DNA of 64,000 nt from a virus. The translations under genes were made by a program, and so were the position numbers. Position 1 is the first letter of the stretch. Every line of letters begins with the position of its first letter. Below the pieces are notes generated by a model, which worked only from the letters and a program-made list of their open reading frames with translations, searched no databases and was not told the DNA's origin. Shown here piece by piece: positions 49,964 through 59,076 of the stretch. The stretch lies in IMG/VR virus record IMGVR_UViG_3300023174_000064, positions 82,038 to 146,037 of that record. The stretch is one strand, 5' to 3'.

Positions 49964-50081
49964 GGGGGATCCATGGGGAAATCAGAAGGGGGGTATGGGG
50001 GTACCCTCTCGTATTTAAAAATTTAGAAACTGGGTGCAACCGGGGGATCCATGGGGAAATCGATAGGGGGGTATGGGGGGG
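49964..50081. repeat. G-rich direct repeat, 2 copies (GGGGGATCCATGGGGAAATC...AGGGGGGTATGGGGG)
   Basis: Copies start at 49964 and 50042. Confidence 0.85.
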
Positions 50082-50389
50082 TCTGCGTTATTAGAGGGAT
50101 GGATGGTGTCTCGACCGGGTAGACTTGCTAGCCCCGGATCCTTCCAGATGGGACCCGCTCCGTGCAACTGTCCGGACAGGACCCCCCTCCCCACGCTGTA
50201 TGCTTCCACCGCCCCCGGTGTCAACCGAAATGTTCTACAATCTTAATCTTAATAATTCAAAAAACTTTGTTAAGATTGTGTTAAGAAAAAAATCTGCATC
50301 TACTTCGCATCTACCCTATTGACTCGACTTGGCGACTTTGATATAGTGCACACATACCCATTGGGCCACAGGCCCGGAAAGACACTACC

Positions 50390-50833
50390 ATGCAGATCAA
50401 GCACCTCGTCTCGTCCGTCTTCACCGCCCTGAACCGCAGCATCACGGGCTACCGCCCGTTCTCGGCTCGTGACTGCCGGGTGGTGGAGACCAGCCGTTAC
50501 TCGCACGCGACCGACCGGGCCACGGGCAGCCGGGTGTACATGAGCAAGCCCGCGTCGGTGTTCTCGGGCACCACCGTCACCACGGGTGAGGTGCAGCGTG
50601 GCGACTCGGGCATCAGCCTGACCGTGTGCGAGAATGGCCGTGTGGTGTGGCGGGGCTGGGTCAAGGTGGAGGACGGCAAGGCGATCGCAGCCACCGTGAA
50701 CTCGGCCTGCATGAAGGCACAGCCTCGCACGGGCCGCGAGATGGCCAACACGGAGTGGGCCGACTTGGTTCGTGTGGCCGACCATGTGAAGGCCGACGCC
50801 CAGTACACCGCCTCGCTGTTCGACAACATCTAA
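50390..50833 (+). CDS. Early hypothetical protein
   Basis: Promoter, leader hairpin, GC3-rich codons, terminator follows. Confidence 0.75.
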   Translation: MQIKHLVSSVFTALNRSITGYRPFSARDCRVVETSRYSHATDRATGSRVYMSKPASVFSGTTVTTGEVQRGDSGISLTVCENGRVVWRGWVKVEDGKAIAATVNSACMKAQPRTGREMANTEWADLVRVADHVKADAQYTASLFDNI

Positions 50834-50843
50834 TGGTGGTGCG

Positions 50844-50876
50844 GGGAGGGGGGATGTTCCCCCCTCCCTCTTTCTT
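50844..50876 (+). terminator. Intrinsic terminator-like hairpin
   Basis: GGGAGGGGGGA-TGT-TCCCCCCTCCC then TCTTTCTT. Confidence 0.7.
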
Positions 50877-51037
50877 CCAACCCAACCAACGCGCCCGCCC
50901 CCGCTCTTCCTGCCTGTGTGAGTTCACCACAGCGAGGAGCCGGGGTGGCCCGCGTTGATAGTATTTGGTTATCAGTCTCGCAAATAAACTTGGAAATAGG
51001 GGTTGACACAGCACTCCCAACTTGTTAGAATGAACGC

Positions 51038-51334
51038 ATGACCACCAACAACAACAACCTTCCGCCCGTCGTTCAGATCGTGCTGCCCGTCACCACCGTC
51101 CGCAACCTGCTGACCCTGCTGGAAGAGTGCAGCAGCACCTGGTCGGTTGACACTGAAACTGTGACCGCCATCCGCCGCGAGTACACCAGCGAGATGATCC
51201 GCCACGGCATCATCCGCCCGAGCGAGGTGAGCGTGATGACCCCGGACGAGGATCACTCGCACGAGGACGCCACGCAGAACGAGTACGATGCGGACAACGC
51301 GTGGCTGCGCTCGGCAGGCTGGGGGGAAATGTGA
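51038..51334 (+). CDS. Leaderless early protein
   Basis: ATG 6 nt after TAGAAT. Confidence 0.75.
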   Translation: MTTNNNNLPPVVQIVLPVTTVRNLLTLLEECSSTWSVDTETVTAIRREYTSEMIRHGIIRPSEVSVMTPDEDHSHEDATQNEYDADNAWLRSAGWGEM

Positions 51335-51429
51335 TGATGTTCCTGCTCGGCCTGATCTTGTCCGTGGTGTTTGTTATGGGCATCGTGGCCCTAGATCACC
51401 TCACCTCCGAGTGGGGAAGTGGAGGCTGA
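51334..51429 (+). CDS. Small membrane peptide (31 aa)
   Basis: TGATG coupling; MMFLLGLILSVVFVMGIVALD. Confidence 0.5.
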   Translation: MMFLLGLILSVVFVMGIVALDHLTSEWGSGG

Positions 51430-51627
51430 TCTCACAAGCCGAACCGGGATTCGTCCCCTGCCACCCTTCGGGGTGGCTAGGCTTGTTGATAGTACAAGCT
51501 GGGTGTTCCGCTTGCTATTGTACCACGGGGGACTGGGCGTGTCAAGAGGGAAAATACCAAAAAAGAAAAAAAAGATTCCCCGTTCCACCCCCTTGACAAG
51601 CCACCCCCGATCCTGTATACTACCCGC

Positions 51628-51819
51628 ATGAACACCACCAACCCCATCTACGACAATGGCGACGACTCCTTCGACTGGCACGAGGAGGAGGAGGCCATGA
51701 CTCCCGAGCGGATCGCGGAGTTGGAGGAGTGTGTACGCCTCCACAATGCCGAGCAAAACGGCGAGTTTGTGGACCCGTACGGGTTCCACGAGGATCCCAA
51801 CCAAATGTACGACGAATAA
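51628..51819 (+). CDS. Leaderless acidic early protein
   Basis: ATG 6 nt after TATACT. Confidence 0.75.
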   Translation: MNTTNPIYDNGDDSFDWHEEEEAMTPERIAELEECVRLHNAEQNGEFVDPYGFHEDPNQMYDE

Positions 51820-51892
51820 GGCTTGACAAGCCTGTTCGGATCGTGTACACTACTTGAAACCCAACCGGGCCACAGGCCCAAAGGAAACCACC

Positions 51893-52201
51893 ATGTTTGA
51901 CGCTGCCACCATCGACCTGCACAACCTGCCCCCGGAACTGGATCGCATGGTTCAGACCCTGCTGATCGTGTCCCGCGAGGGCTGCACCGATGTCGGAGAA
52001 CTGATGCGACGCCTGTACGGAAATGTCTCCGACTACACCCCGAAGCAGCAGGACGAGTGCTGCACCCAGTACGCTCACATCCTGATGAAGATGTACGCGT
52101 GCAAGTGGATCACGGCTGCGGATGCCGAGTTCGTGGCCTTGACCGCCGCAGGCGTTGAAGCCGCCGACACCATGCGGGAGTTCTACCGGAACAACCCGTA
52201 A
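51893..52201 (+). CDS. Early protein, winged-helix-like
   Basis: AAGGA RBS; C-terminal LTAAG wing motif. Confidence 0.7.
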   Translation: MFDAATIDLHNLPPELDRMVQTLLIVSREGCTDVGELMRRLYGNVSDYTPKQQDECCTQYAHILMKMYACKWITAADAEFVALTAAGVEAADTMREFYRNNP

Positions 52202-52347
52202 CCGAAACACTGTGGTGGTGTCCAAGTCCCCTGATCAGAGGAGGGTCTGGTCAGGGGCAACCACCCCCAAACATCCCAGTCAAACGAACCCAGGCTTCGC
52301 AGGAGCCACCCCGGCCTAAACCACCGGGGCGGGTTTGTTGATAGTAT

Positions 52348-52420
52348 TGTTAAGATTGCGTTAAATTAATTTTGTGTTAAGATTTGGTTAAATTAATTTT
52401 GTGTTAAGATTTAATAAAAT
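52348..52420. repeat. AT-rich GTTAAGATT/GTTAAATTAA iterations (related blocks at 50269-50286 and 55115-55197)
   Basis: About 27-bp tandem unit; 33 bp identical between 52337 and 55104. Confidence 0.85.
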
Positions 52421-52552
52421 ATTTTAGGAGTCCACTTACTATTGTACCTCCTGGTTTATTGTGTGTCAATCCGGAAAATGCCCGGAATTTAAAAATAAAA
52501 ATCTGTGCCTGACCCCCTTGACAGGCGGGGCCGGATCCGGTATACTACCCGC

Positions 52553-52783
52553 ATGTGCAACACCACCACCACCATCTCCCCCGCCGCCTCCAACCTCGTT
52601 ATCACCTGCGTGGAACCCGAAATTTTTTGTGCGGAGTGTGGCTGTGAAATCTCGCCAGAAAACTGGCACTGTGCGCCCCAGTTTTGGGTGTATCGTTTCG
52701 GGGGTGGTCGCCACGAATGCTTGGAGTGCGGGAACGGCATTGAACCCGACGATCACGAACCGGGATTCGACCCTCAAGATTGA
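52553..52783 (+). CDS. Leaderless zinc-finger-like early protein
   Basis: ATG 6 nt after TATACT; CAEC..CLEC. Confidence 0.7.
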   Translation: MCNTTTTISPAASNLVITCVEPEIFCAECGCEISPENWHCAPQFWVYRFGGGRHECLECGNGIEPDDHEPGFDPQD

Positions 52784-52876
52784 GGGTTTTCTTTTTGTTG
52801 ATAGTACGGGCCGATAACCAGAACCCCCTCCACCGGGACTGGTTCCCAATGGAGGGGGCTGCGTTTGTTACCGGAC

Positions 52877-53029
52877 TTACCACTCGGTGTGGTCGATCCA
52901 CGGTTCCCAGTCATCGTGGCCGGGGTCGGTTGGCTCCTCGTTGTATTCCGGCCAGTTCTCTTGGAGGAACAGATCCTCGTTGTAGTCCGGGTGCTCCATG
53001 TCGTCGTCGGGGGTGGTGGGGTTCGTCAT
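52877..53029 (-). CDS. Leaderless very acidic peptide (50 aa)
   Basis: Minus promoter 53064-53036; MTNPTTPDDDMEHPDYNEDLFLQENWPEYNEE.. Confidence 0.7.
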   Translation of the reverse strand: MTNPTTPDDDMEHPDYNEDLFLQENWPEYNEEPTDPGHDDWEPWIDHTEW

Positions 53030-53136
53030 GCCCGGATTGTAACCGAAACTCCCGGCCCTGTCAAGAGGGAAACCAAATAAATTATTTCTGTGGCTACCCT
53101 ATTGACACAAGCCGGTCAGGTTGATATACTGCCTGC

Positions 53137-53301
53137 ATGAACCTCACCACCCAACTGATCAAGTATGAAGACGGCGAACTCACGCACGAAGAAACCGTGT
53201 GCCTGTTTCAGGAACTGCTCGACACAGGCATGATCGACCACCTGCAAGGCTCGTACGCTCGCGTGGCTCTGCACCTGTACAACAACGGCGAAATCGCCTG
53301 A
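53137..53301 (+). CDS. Leaderless early protein (54 aa)
   Basis: IKYEDGEL..EETVCLFQELLDTG...LQGSY.R, a recurrent phage family motif. Confidence 0.75.
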   Translation: MNLTTQLIKYEDGELTHEETVCLFQELLDTGMIDHLQGSYARVALHLYNNGEIA

Positions 53302-53313
53302 AAGGAACCCCCC

Positions 53314-53520
53314 ATGATCGTGAACATCTGCATCCATGTGCCTGACCTCGACCCCAACACCCCGTTGGCGTGGAACACCACCGACCGGATCGAACAGGAA
53401 CTGACCCCCGCCCTGCAACGGCTGACCGGATTCGGTCGGTACGGCAATTGGAACTGGTGGATCAATGTGGAGAACGGCGAAACCCGGTATATGCCGGAAA
53501 ATGTTTCGGAACTGTCTTGA
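53314..53520 (+). CDS. Early hypothetical protein
   Basis: AAAGGA RBS; stop lies within the next TTGACA. Confidence 0.65.
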   Translation: MIVNICIHVPDLDPNTPLAWNTTDRIEQELTPALQRLTGFGRYGNWNWWINVENGETRYMPENVSELS

Positions 53521-53551
53521 CACCGCACCCCGAACCGGATAGAATCCAACC

Positions 53552-53692
53552 ATGACCACCTGCCCCCGTTGCAACCACCCGGAAACCCCTGACCACCTGT
53601 CCGCATGGGAAGGTCTGTGCCAAAACTGTTGGGGGCAACTGGCCGAAGCCACCATGACCGACGAAGATCGGGAGTGGTTGGAAAAAAACTGA
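53552..53692 (+). CDS. Leaderless zinc-finger-like peptide (46 aa)
   Basis: ATG 6 nt after TAGAAT; CPRC..CQNC. Confidence 0.65.
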   Translation: MTTCPRCNHPETPDHLSAWEGLCQNCWGQLAEATMTDEDREWLEKN

Positions 53693-53744
53693 AATGTTTC
53701 AGAAACCGCTTGACATCGCACCCCAAACCGGATAGAATACACCC

Positions 53745-53999
53745 ATGACCACCAAGACCTACAACGGATACCGCAATGCAGCCACCTACCGCACCGCCCT
53801 GTGGCTCACCAACGAGGAGCCTCTGTACCGCACCATGGTTGAACACTTCCGCGAGGAGGAGATCACCACGGCGAACGCCCGGTTCTTCTGCAACCTGCTG
53901 TGGCCGTGTGCGGAGAACCCGGACGGCGACGAACTCGCTGATGTGTACTGGCCGGACATCGTTCGCGTCATCCAAGACTGCACCGACATCGAAAACTGA
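53745..53999 (+). CDS. Leaderless early protein (YNG..N..T...LW..N family)
   Basis: ATG 6 nt after TAGAAT; recurrent phage motif. Confidence 0.75.
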   Translation: MTTKTYNGYRNAATYRTALWLTNEEPLYRTMVEHFREEEITTANARFFCNLLWPCAENPDGDELADVYWPDIVRVIQDCTDIEN

Positions 54000-54041
54000 A
54001 CTTTTTTACTAACCCCAAACCCCAAGGAAGGGAACCTCACT

Positions 54042-54284
54042 ATGCCACGAGTCACCGCCAATCTGAAGTCTTTCACTCCCCGTCACGGCAAGATCCGGAT
54101 CACTTTCGCCCTGATGTTTATGAAGGGCAAGGGCTACGAGTACTCGGGTCGCGGCAAGATTGCCTCCTCCCGTAACAAGTGGCGGCCCGAGCGTGCCTAC
54201 TTCTTCACGAACCGTGCCACCGGACAGCGGCTGACCCTGACCACCTCTGATCTGCGTCAGGCGTTTGCCACCGGAACCGTCTAA
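54042..54284 (+). CDS. Basic early protein
   Basis: AAGGAAGG RBS. Confidence 0.65.
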   Translation: MPRVTANLKSFTPRHGKIRITFALMFMKGKGYEYSGRGKIASSRNKWRPERAYFFTNRATGQRLTLTTSDLRQAFATGTV

Positions 54285-54591
54285 CAAAGCCTGTGCCACG
54301 GGCTAAAGTGGCCGGGTTGGCCGTTTGCCTGCACCAAAAACGGCCCAGTCGCCCGTCTTGAATACTGGTAAAGGTTTGGAATCACCTACTTGAGGACTTC
54401 CCGCTTTTCCCCTTGAGTGTTATCAAGGGGTTTTTTCATTTCCGGAAAGTTGATAGTATTTAATTTAACCCAGACACTGTATTATATCACAGATTCCGGA
54501 ACCTGTCAAGTGGAAAACCGCCCGGAATAAAAAGATTTATTTCTGCGGTATAGGGCTTGACAAACCAACCCGGATGGTGTAGAATGACCAC

Positions 54592-54912
54592 ATGGAAACC
54601 ACCAACACCATCCCGGCCTGTCCGAACCCCAACCTGTACGAGTTCATCATCCGCGTGCGTGACCGTCGTCGCAAGACGGGCTATCGGGTTGTGGTGACCG
54701 AACAGCGAGAGTTCCCGGATGCCGACACCGCAAAGATTTACGCAGAGAAGATGGAAGGCACAGACGGTCGCTACATTGTGGAGTTTCATCAGTTTTGGGT
54801 GCTGAAGCAGAACTTCATGGCCTCACAGCCCGGGTTCCCGGCGTACTTTTGGGAGGCGTACAACACCCCGTACTGCTGCTCTCCTGCATCCGAACTGTAC
54901 TGGACGATGTGA
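54592..54912 (+). CDS. Leaderless early protein
   Basis: ATG 6 nt after TAGAAT; C-terminal NTPYCCSPASELYW motif. Confidence 0.75.
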   Translation: METTNTIPACPNPNLYEFIIRVRDRRRKTGYRVVVTEQREFPDADTAKIYAEKMEGTDGRYIVEFHQFWVLKQNFMASQPGFPAYFWEAYNTPYCCSPASELYWTM

Positions 54913-55647
54913 ACCAAGGGTGGCCGTACTCCCGGATTCCGGAATCCTAACGGCCTGCGTTGTACTGTGTAAGAGTCAACAGTACCGGGTGTGGAACCAC
55001 CTGTCCCAAGGTTCTAGGGAATGGGAACGCCCTATCGGAATCTCCCCGCCTTCTATTGGGTTCTTGAGCGTATCAAGAACCCTTTTTTATTATCGGACCA
55101 GGAGTTGATAGTATTGTTAAGATTGCGTTAAATTAAGATTGTGTTAAGTTTCGGTTAAGATTGGATTAATTTAAGTTTGTGTTAAGATTTGATTAACCGG
55201 AAAGTGGTCAGCCCGCCCTCCCAGCCCGATCTAGGGTAACACAGCAGGCGGAACCTGTCAACCCTGAAACCTCCCAGATTCTCAAAATTAATTTATTGGG
55301 ATTGCAGAATACTATCAACCCGCCCAGATCATCCCCGTACCTGTAGTGTACCACACTCTGCCTCCTCTGTCAACCCCCAAAATACCCGGAATGTAACAAA
55401 TAATTCTCGAGAAAATTTCAGATATTGGAGGATTCTGCTTGACTGGAAGAATCCGGGGTATGGGACGGCTGGGATGTGTGTGTTTGCGAGATAACCCGGA
55501 CATTCTCAAATATATTTCAGAATCTTACCCCACTTCCCCCCATTTCAACCCACTTTGAAATCGCCGATCAGCGTCGAGCATTATCAGACTCAAAAAATCC
55601 GCATTTCACCCCTTGACACCACGCCCCGGATCGGTTAGACTACCCCC

Positions 55648-55929
55648 ATGACCACCTTCACCTCATCCCGTTGGCGAAACCACCCGACCTACCTGTGTGC
55701 GTTGGAGGTGGAGATGGCGACCATCCCCGGCCCTGCGTTCGGTGCGTTCTTGGACTCCAATCCCGACCACCGCGACCACCATGAGGACACGGGCGAGTAC
55801 ACCATCTCGCCTGCGGCAGTCCGTGAGTGGTTCACCCTGAACCGTGCCGACCTGTTTGGCCCCGGTGACACCGATCTTGTGGACTGGACTGCCGTTGCCG
55901 CCTACATGGACACTTGGAACTGGTTCTGA
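55648..55929 (+). CDS. Leaderless early protein
   Basis: ATG 6 nt after TAGACT. Confidence 0.72.
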   Translation: MTTFTSSRWRNHPTYLCALEVEMATIPGPAFGAFLDSNPDHRDHHEDTGEYTISPAAVREWFTLNRADLFGPGDTDLVDWTAVAAYMDTWNWF

Positions 55930-55985
55930 AAAAAATCTGTTTCTTCCTCTTGACAAACACCCCAACACCTGATAGGATACACCCC

Positions 55986-56375
55986 ATGACCACCGTGACC
56001 TCCACCGCGCTCACCGCTCGCACCTCTGACCACCGATGGGATGATGACCTTCAAGCCGCCTACGCCGCAGGGAATGCCGCAGCGAACGCGATTGAGGTGG
56101 TTCCCATGACCGTGGTGGGCCGTGACCGCACCTACTGGGTGGAAGGCGGCGTGTGCGGGTTCGCTCGCGTCGAGGTTCGGCCTCGCACTTCTGCATGGGC
56201 CAAGTGGCTGCTGGCCACCGGGTGGCGTTCATCGGACTACTTCAAGTGCGTCACGCTGAACATTGACGGCTTCGGCCAGTCCATGCAGCGGAAGGAAGCG
56301 TTCGCCCAAGCGTTTGTTGACCACCTGACCCGGTTGGGCTACCCCGGCGTGTCGTACACCGCCACCATCGACTGA
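55986..56375 (+). CDS. Leaderless early protein
   Basis: ATG 7 nt after TAGGAT; GVCGFA.V...QSMQRKEAFA.AF motif. Confidence 0.75.
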   Translation: MTTVTSTALTARTSDHRWDDDLQAAYAAGNAAANAIEVVPMTVVGRDRTYWVEGGVCGFARVEVRPRTSAWAKWLLATGWRSSDYFKCVTLNIDGFGQSMQRKEAFAQAFVDHLTRLGYPGVSYTATID

Positions 56376-56427
56376 AAAAATCCAAAAAGTTCTTGACCAC
56401 CCCACCCCTGAAAGGTACAATCCTCCC

Positions 56428-56727
56428 ATGAGAATCACCGCCAACCGATTGGAAACCCGTCTTGCGTTCATCAACCGTATGCTGGGCCGTCCTGCCACCC
56501 CGTACACCTACACCGCCAAGACTGTGGCCAATGTCGGCTGCTGGTACTTGAGTGCCAGCGAGTACGGGTACGAGGTGCTGGAGATTGTGACGGAGTCGGG
56601 TGGTGTCCAAGTGGTGTACCCGGCCATGCGTCCCAGCATCCTGTACGCCGTGCTGGGCGGGTTCTTGGACGGCATCAAGGCTCGTGGAACGGTGGATGAA
56701 GCCTACGCCACCACCTGTTCCATCTGA
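56428..56727 (+). CDS. Leaderless early protein
   Basis: ATG 6 nt after TACAAT. Confidence 0.75.
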   Translation: MRITANRLETRLAFINRMLGRPATPYTYTAKTVANVGCWYLSASEYGYEVLEIVTESGGVQVVYPAMRPSILYAVLGGFLDGIKARGTVDEAYATTCSI

Positions 56728-56781
56728 AATAAATCCATTTTCCCTCTTGACACCACGCCCAACCCCGGATACAATCCATCC

Positions 56782-57045
56782 ATGACCTTGACCACCACCA
56801 TCCAGTACTTGCGAAACAACGAAATCATCACTTCGGAAACCCGCAGTTTCCGGGGCAGGTGGATCGGAAACATTGAACGCAAGGCGATGCACCACGCCCA
56901 AGGTGACAGGCTGTTTGTGTACTGCAACCGGATCAACATCCTGTGTGAACTGCCGCACGGTGGCGTGAGCAACACCACATGGATTCTGACCCACCCGGTT
57001 CGACCGCTTGCAGAACTTGAATCAAAGTGTTTGGAAACTGCTTGA
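56782..57045 (+). CDS. Leaderless early protein
   Basis: ATG 6 nt after TACAAT; stop in next TTGACA. Confidence 0.7.
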   Translation: MTLTTTIQYLRNNEIITSETRSFRGRWIGNIERKAMHHAQGDRLFVYCNRINILCELPHGGVSNTTWILTHPVRPLAELESKCLETA

Positions 57046-57076
57046 CACCCCAACCCCTGAAAGGTAAACTACACCC

Positions 57077-57403
57077 ATGAAATGCCCCACCAACCTGCTG
57101 CCTGAAAACCTGCCGCAAGACTTCGTGCAAGCGGCTGCCGTTTGCATCACCATCCAAGCGTTCGACAACATCCCGTGCCATGTGCAAGCGATCTACGACG
57201 GCCTGTACGGGGATGCGGTTGACCCGGATGCCGCCAAGCGGGAGTTGAGCCGGATGCTGGCCCGGATGGTTCGTGTGGGCCTGATCACCATGCCCAGCCA
57301 GTCCGGTACGGTGATCCTGACCGATAAGGGCGACGAAGCCGCCACCACATTCCGCGAGTTGTGGGTGGGTTCCGGCATCCTCGATCTGTCCGACCTGTGC
57401 TGA
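57077..57403 (+). CDS. Leaderless winged-helix-like early protein
   Basis: ATG 6 nt after TAAACT; GLI...ILTDKG. Confidence 0.7.
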   Translation: MKCPTNLLPENLPQDFVQAAAVCITIQAFDNIPCHVQAIYDGLYGDAVDPDAAKRELSRMLARMVRVGLITMPSQSGTVILTDKGDEAATTFRELWVGSGILDLSDLC

Positions 57404-57523
57404 AAAAATCTGAAAAAGGGACTTGACATGATCGACTTTCTGTGTTACACTACCGCTGTGATGATTGCCACTCCGTTGGTGGCAACCTTCGTGACCTACT
57501 ACAGCCATGAGGACTTCTGACCC

Positions 57524-57730
57524 ATGACCACTCACACCATCATCGTGTTTCCCGACGGGGAAACTTGGAACACGGCAGATGGCTCTGCCATCATGGTCAT
57601 CACCGACCAGCAGTTCCGTGATCTGATTGAAGGCCGCATCAACGCAGGAGACATTCCGGCGATTGCGTCCATCTCGCTGGCAGACTTCACACCCGGCCCC
57701 CGCAACGGCTCACAGGAGAACACCAAGTGA
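57524..57730 (+). CDS. Early hypothetical protein
   Basis: GAGGA RBS. Confidence 0.65.
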   Translation: MTTHTIIVFPDGETWNTADGSAIMVITDQQFRDLIEGRINAGDIPAIASISLADFTPGPRNGSQENTK

Positions 57731-58005
57731 ACCACACACGGCCACCCATCCTGCCCGCAGCACGCAGTCGGATACTGCCTGTGCGGTGGTGCATGGAAGT
57801 GCTGTGGTGGGCTGGCTGGATTCACGAACGCACCATGACCATTGGTGGTTATCGGACTTACATCTGCCTCGACCCGGCAGGCCGGGTGAACTACCTGACC
57901 ACCTACGGGCTGCGACAGGCTGCATACGAGAACTACAGCAAGTACTGGCAAGAAAATCACTACCTCTTGACAACACCTCCAACACAAGGTACAATCCACA
58001 CATGA
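57727..58005 (+). CDS. Early hypothetical protein
   Basis: GTGA coupling. Confidence 0.5.
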   Translation: MNHTRPPILPAARSRILPVRWCMEVLWWAGWIHERTMTIGGYRTYICLDPAGRVNYLTTYGLRQAAYENYSKYWQENHYLLTTPPTQGTIHT

Positions 58006-58154
58006 TGAATCCGCAAGGCAAATGGTGCATCTACGATCCGCGACTCGACGGCTTTATTGCCGAATACTCCACCATGCTGGAGGCCCGGTCGTGGCTCGAC
58101 ATGACGCAGCCACCTGATACTGAACTGACTGTTGTGTTCGTGCCCGGTAACTAA
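58002..58154 (+). CDS. Leaderless early peptide (50 aa)
   Basis: ATG 6 nt after TACAAT. Confidence 0.65.
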   Translation: MMNPQGKWCIYDPRLDGFIAEYSTMLEARSWLDMTQPPDTELTVVFVPGN

Positions 58155-58175
58155 CCCCAAACAGAAAGAACCCCG

Positions 58176-58457
58176 ATGCTGCCTGAAGAACCTGACATGA
58201 CCATGAGCGAACTTCACGAGATGCTGGCCCAAGAACTGCCGCCTGCCAAGATTGAGAGGGCGGTGGAGGACTTGATTGCCAAAGGCATGGTGGAAACGCT
58301 GTGGGATGCTGACGGCAATGTGTCCTACCGCCTGACTGCCATCGGTCGTGTGGTGGGCAAGGCGATCAACGACCAGTACCAGTACGACACCGAACAGCAC
58401 GACGGCTGGCTGGGTGACGGCTGGGATGACGAGGGCTGGGATGACGGAGAAATCTGA
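58176..58457 (+). CDS. Winged-helix-like protein with acidic tail
   Basis: LIAKGMVE...YRLTAIG. Confidence 0.65.
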   Translation: MLPEEPDMTMSELHEMLAQELPPAKIERAVEDLIAKGMVETLWDADGNVSYRLTAIGRVVGKAINDQYQYDTEQHDGWLGDGWDDEGWDDGEI

Positions 58458-58512
58458 AATAGTTTCAGATTCACTATTGACACACGCTGCAACACCGGAT
58501 ACAATCCACACC

Positions 58513-58785
58513 ATGAAGAACCCCCAATTCAACGACGAGTTCGATCACACCAACGATGACGGGTACTACCAGTTTCAAGACTCGCAGGACATCCGCGACG
58601 AGTGGCTGCGTGAGGAGGAAGAGTACTGGAGCGAGGGCACACTCGACCCGGCAGACTCCGGCGAGTACGACCCGGTGGACGAGTCCGATAACTCTGAAGC
58701 CACCGATGAGTGGAGTGACGAGGACATGGACGAGACTCCCATCGGCCTTGAGTACGACGGGTACAACGATCCCGATAACTTCTGA
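58513..58785 (+). CDS. Leaderless extremely acidic protein
   Basis: ATG 7 nt after TACAAT; D/E dominated. Confidence 0.72.
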   Translation: MKNPQFNDEFDHTNDDGYYQFQDSQDIRDEWLREEEEYWSEGTLDPADSGEYDPVDESDNSEATDEWSDEDMDETPIGLEYDGYNDPDNF

Positions 58786-58902
58786 ACATTGCGGCTCTCA
58801 CTTGCAGGACTACGCTCTCCTTCGGGAAGCCTGCTTGAGAGTTGTGAAAAAAAGTTTGGTTTCCCTCTTGACACCACACACCCAATCGGGTACAATACAC
58901 AC

Positions 58903-59076
58903 ATGAACAAGCCTGTCACCATCACCCTGACCAACAAGCAAGCACACCTGATGCTGGACTACTTGAGCGATCTTCACTTCGATGGAGAAGCCCAAGTGTA
59001 CAACGAGGATGTGCCTGACCTGCGAACCATTGTGGACACCTTGGCTGACACCATCGAACAAACGGAGAACGCATGA
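58903..59076 (+). CDS. Leaderless early protein
   Basis: ATG 6 nt after TACAAT. Confidence 0.7.
   Translation: MNKPVTITLTNKQAHLMLDYLSDLHFDGEAQVYNEDVPDLRTIVDTLADTIEQTENA

Noticed and set aside
50196-55462. Additional promoters at 50224 (minus) and 55439 (plus)
   Set aside because: A -35 box is present but the -10 match is poor; not counted
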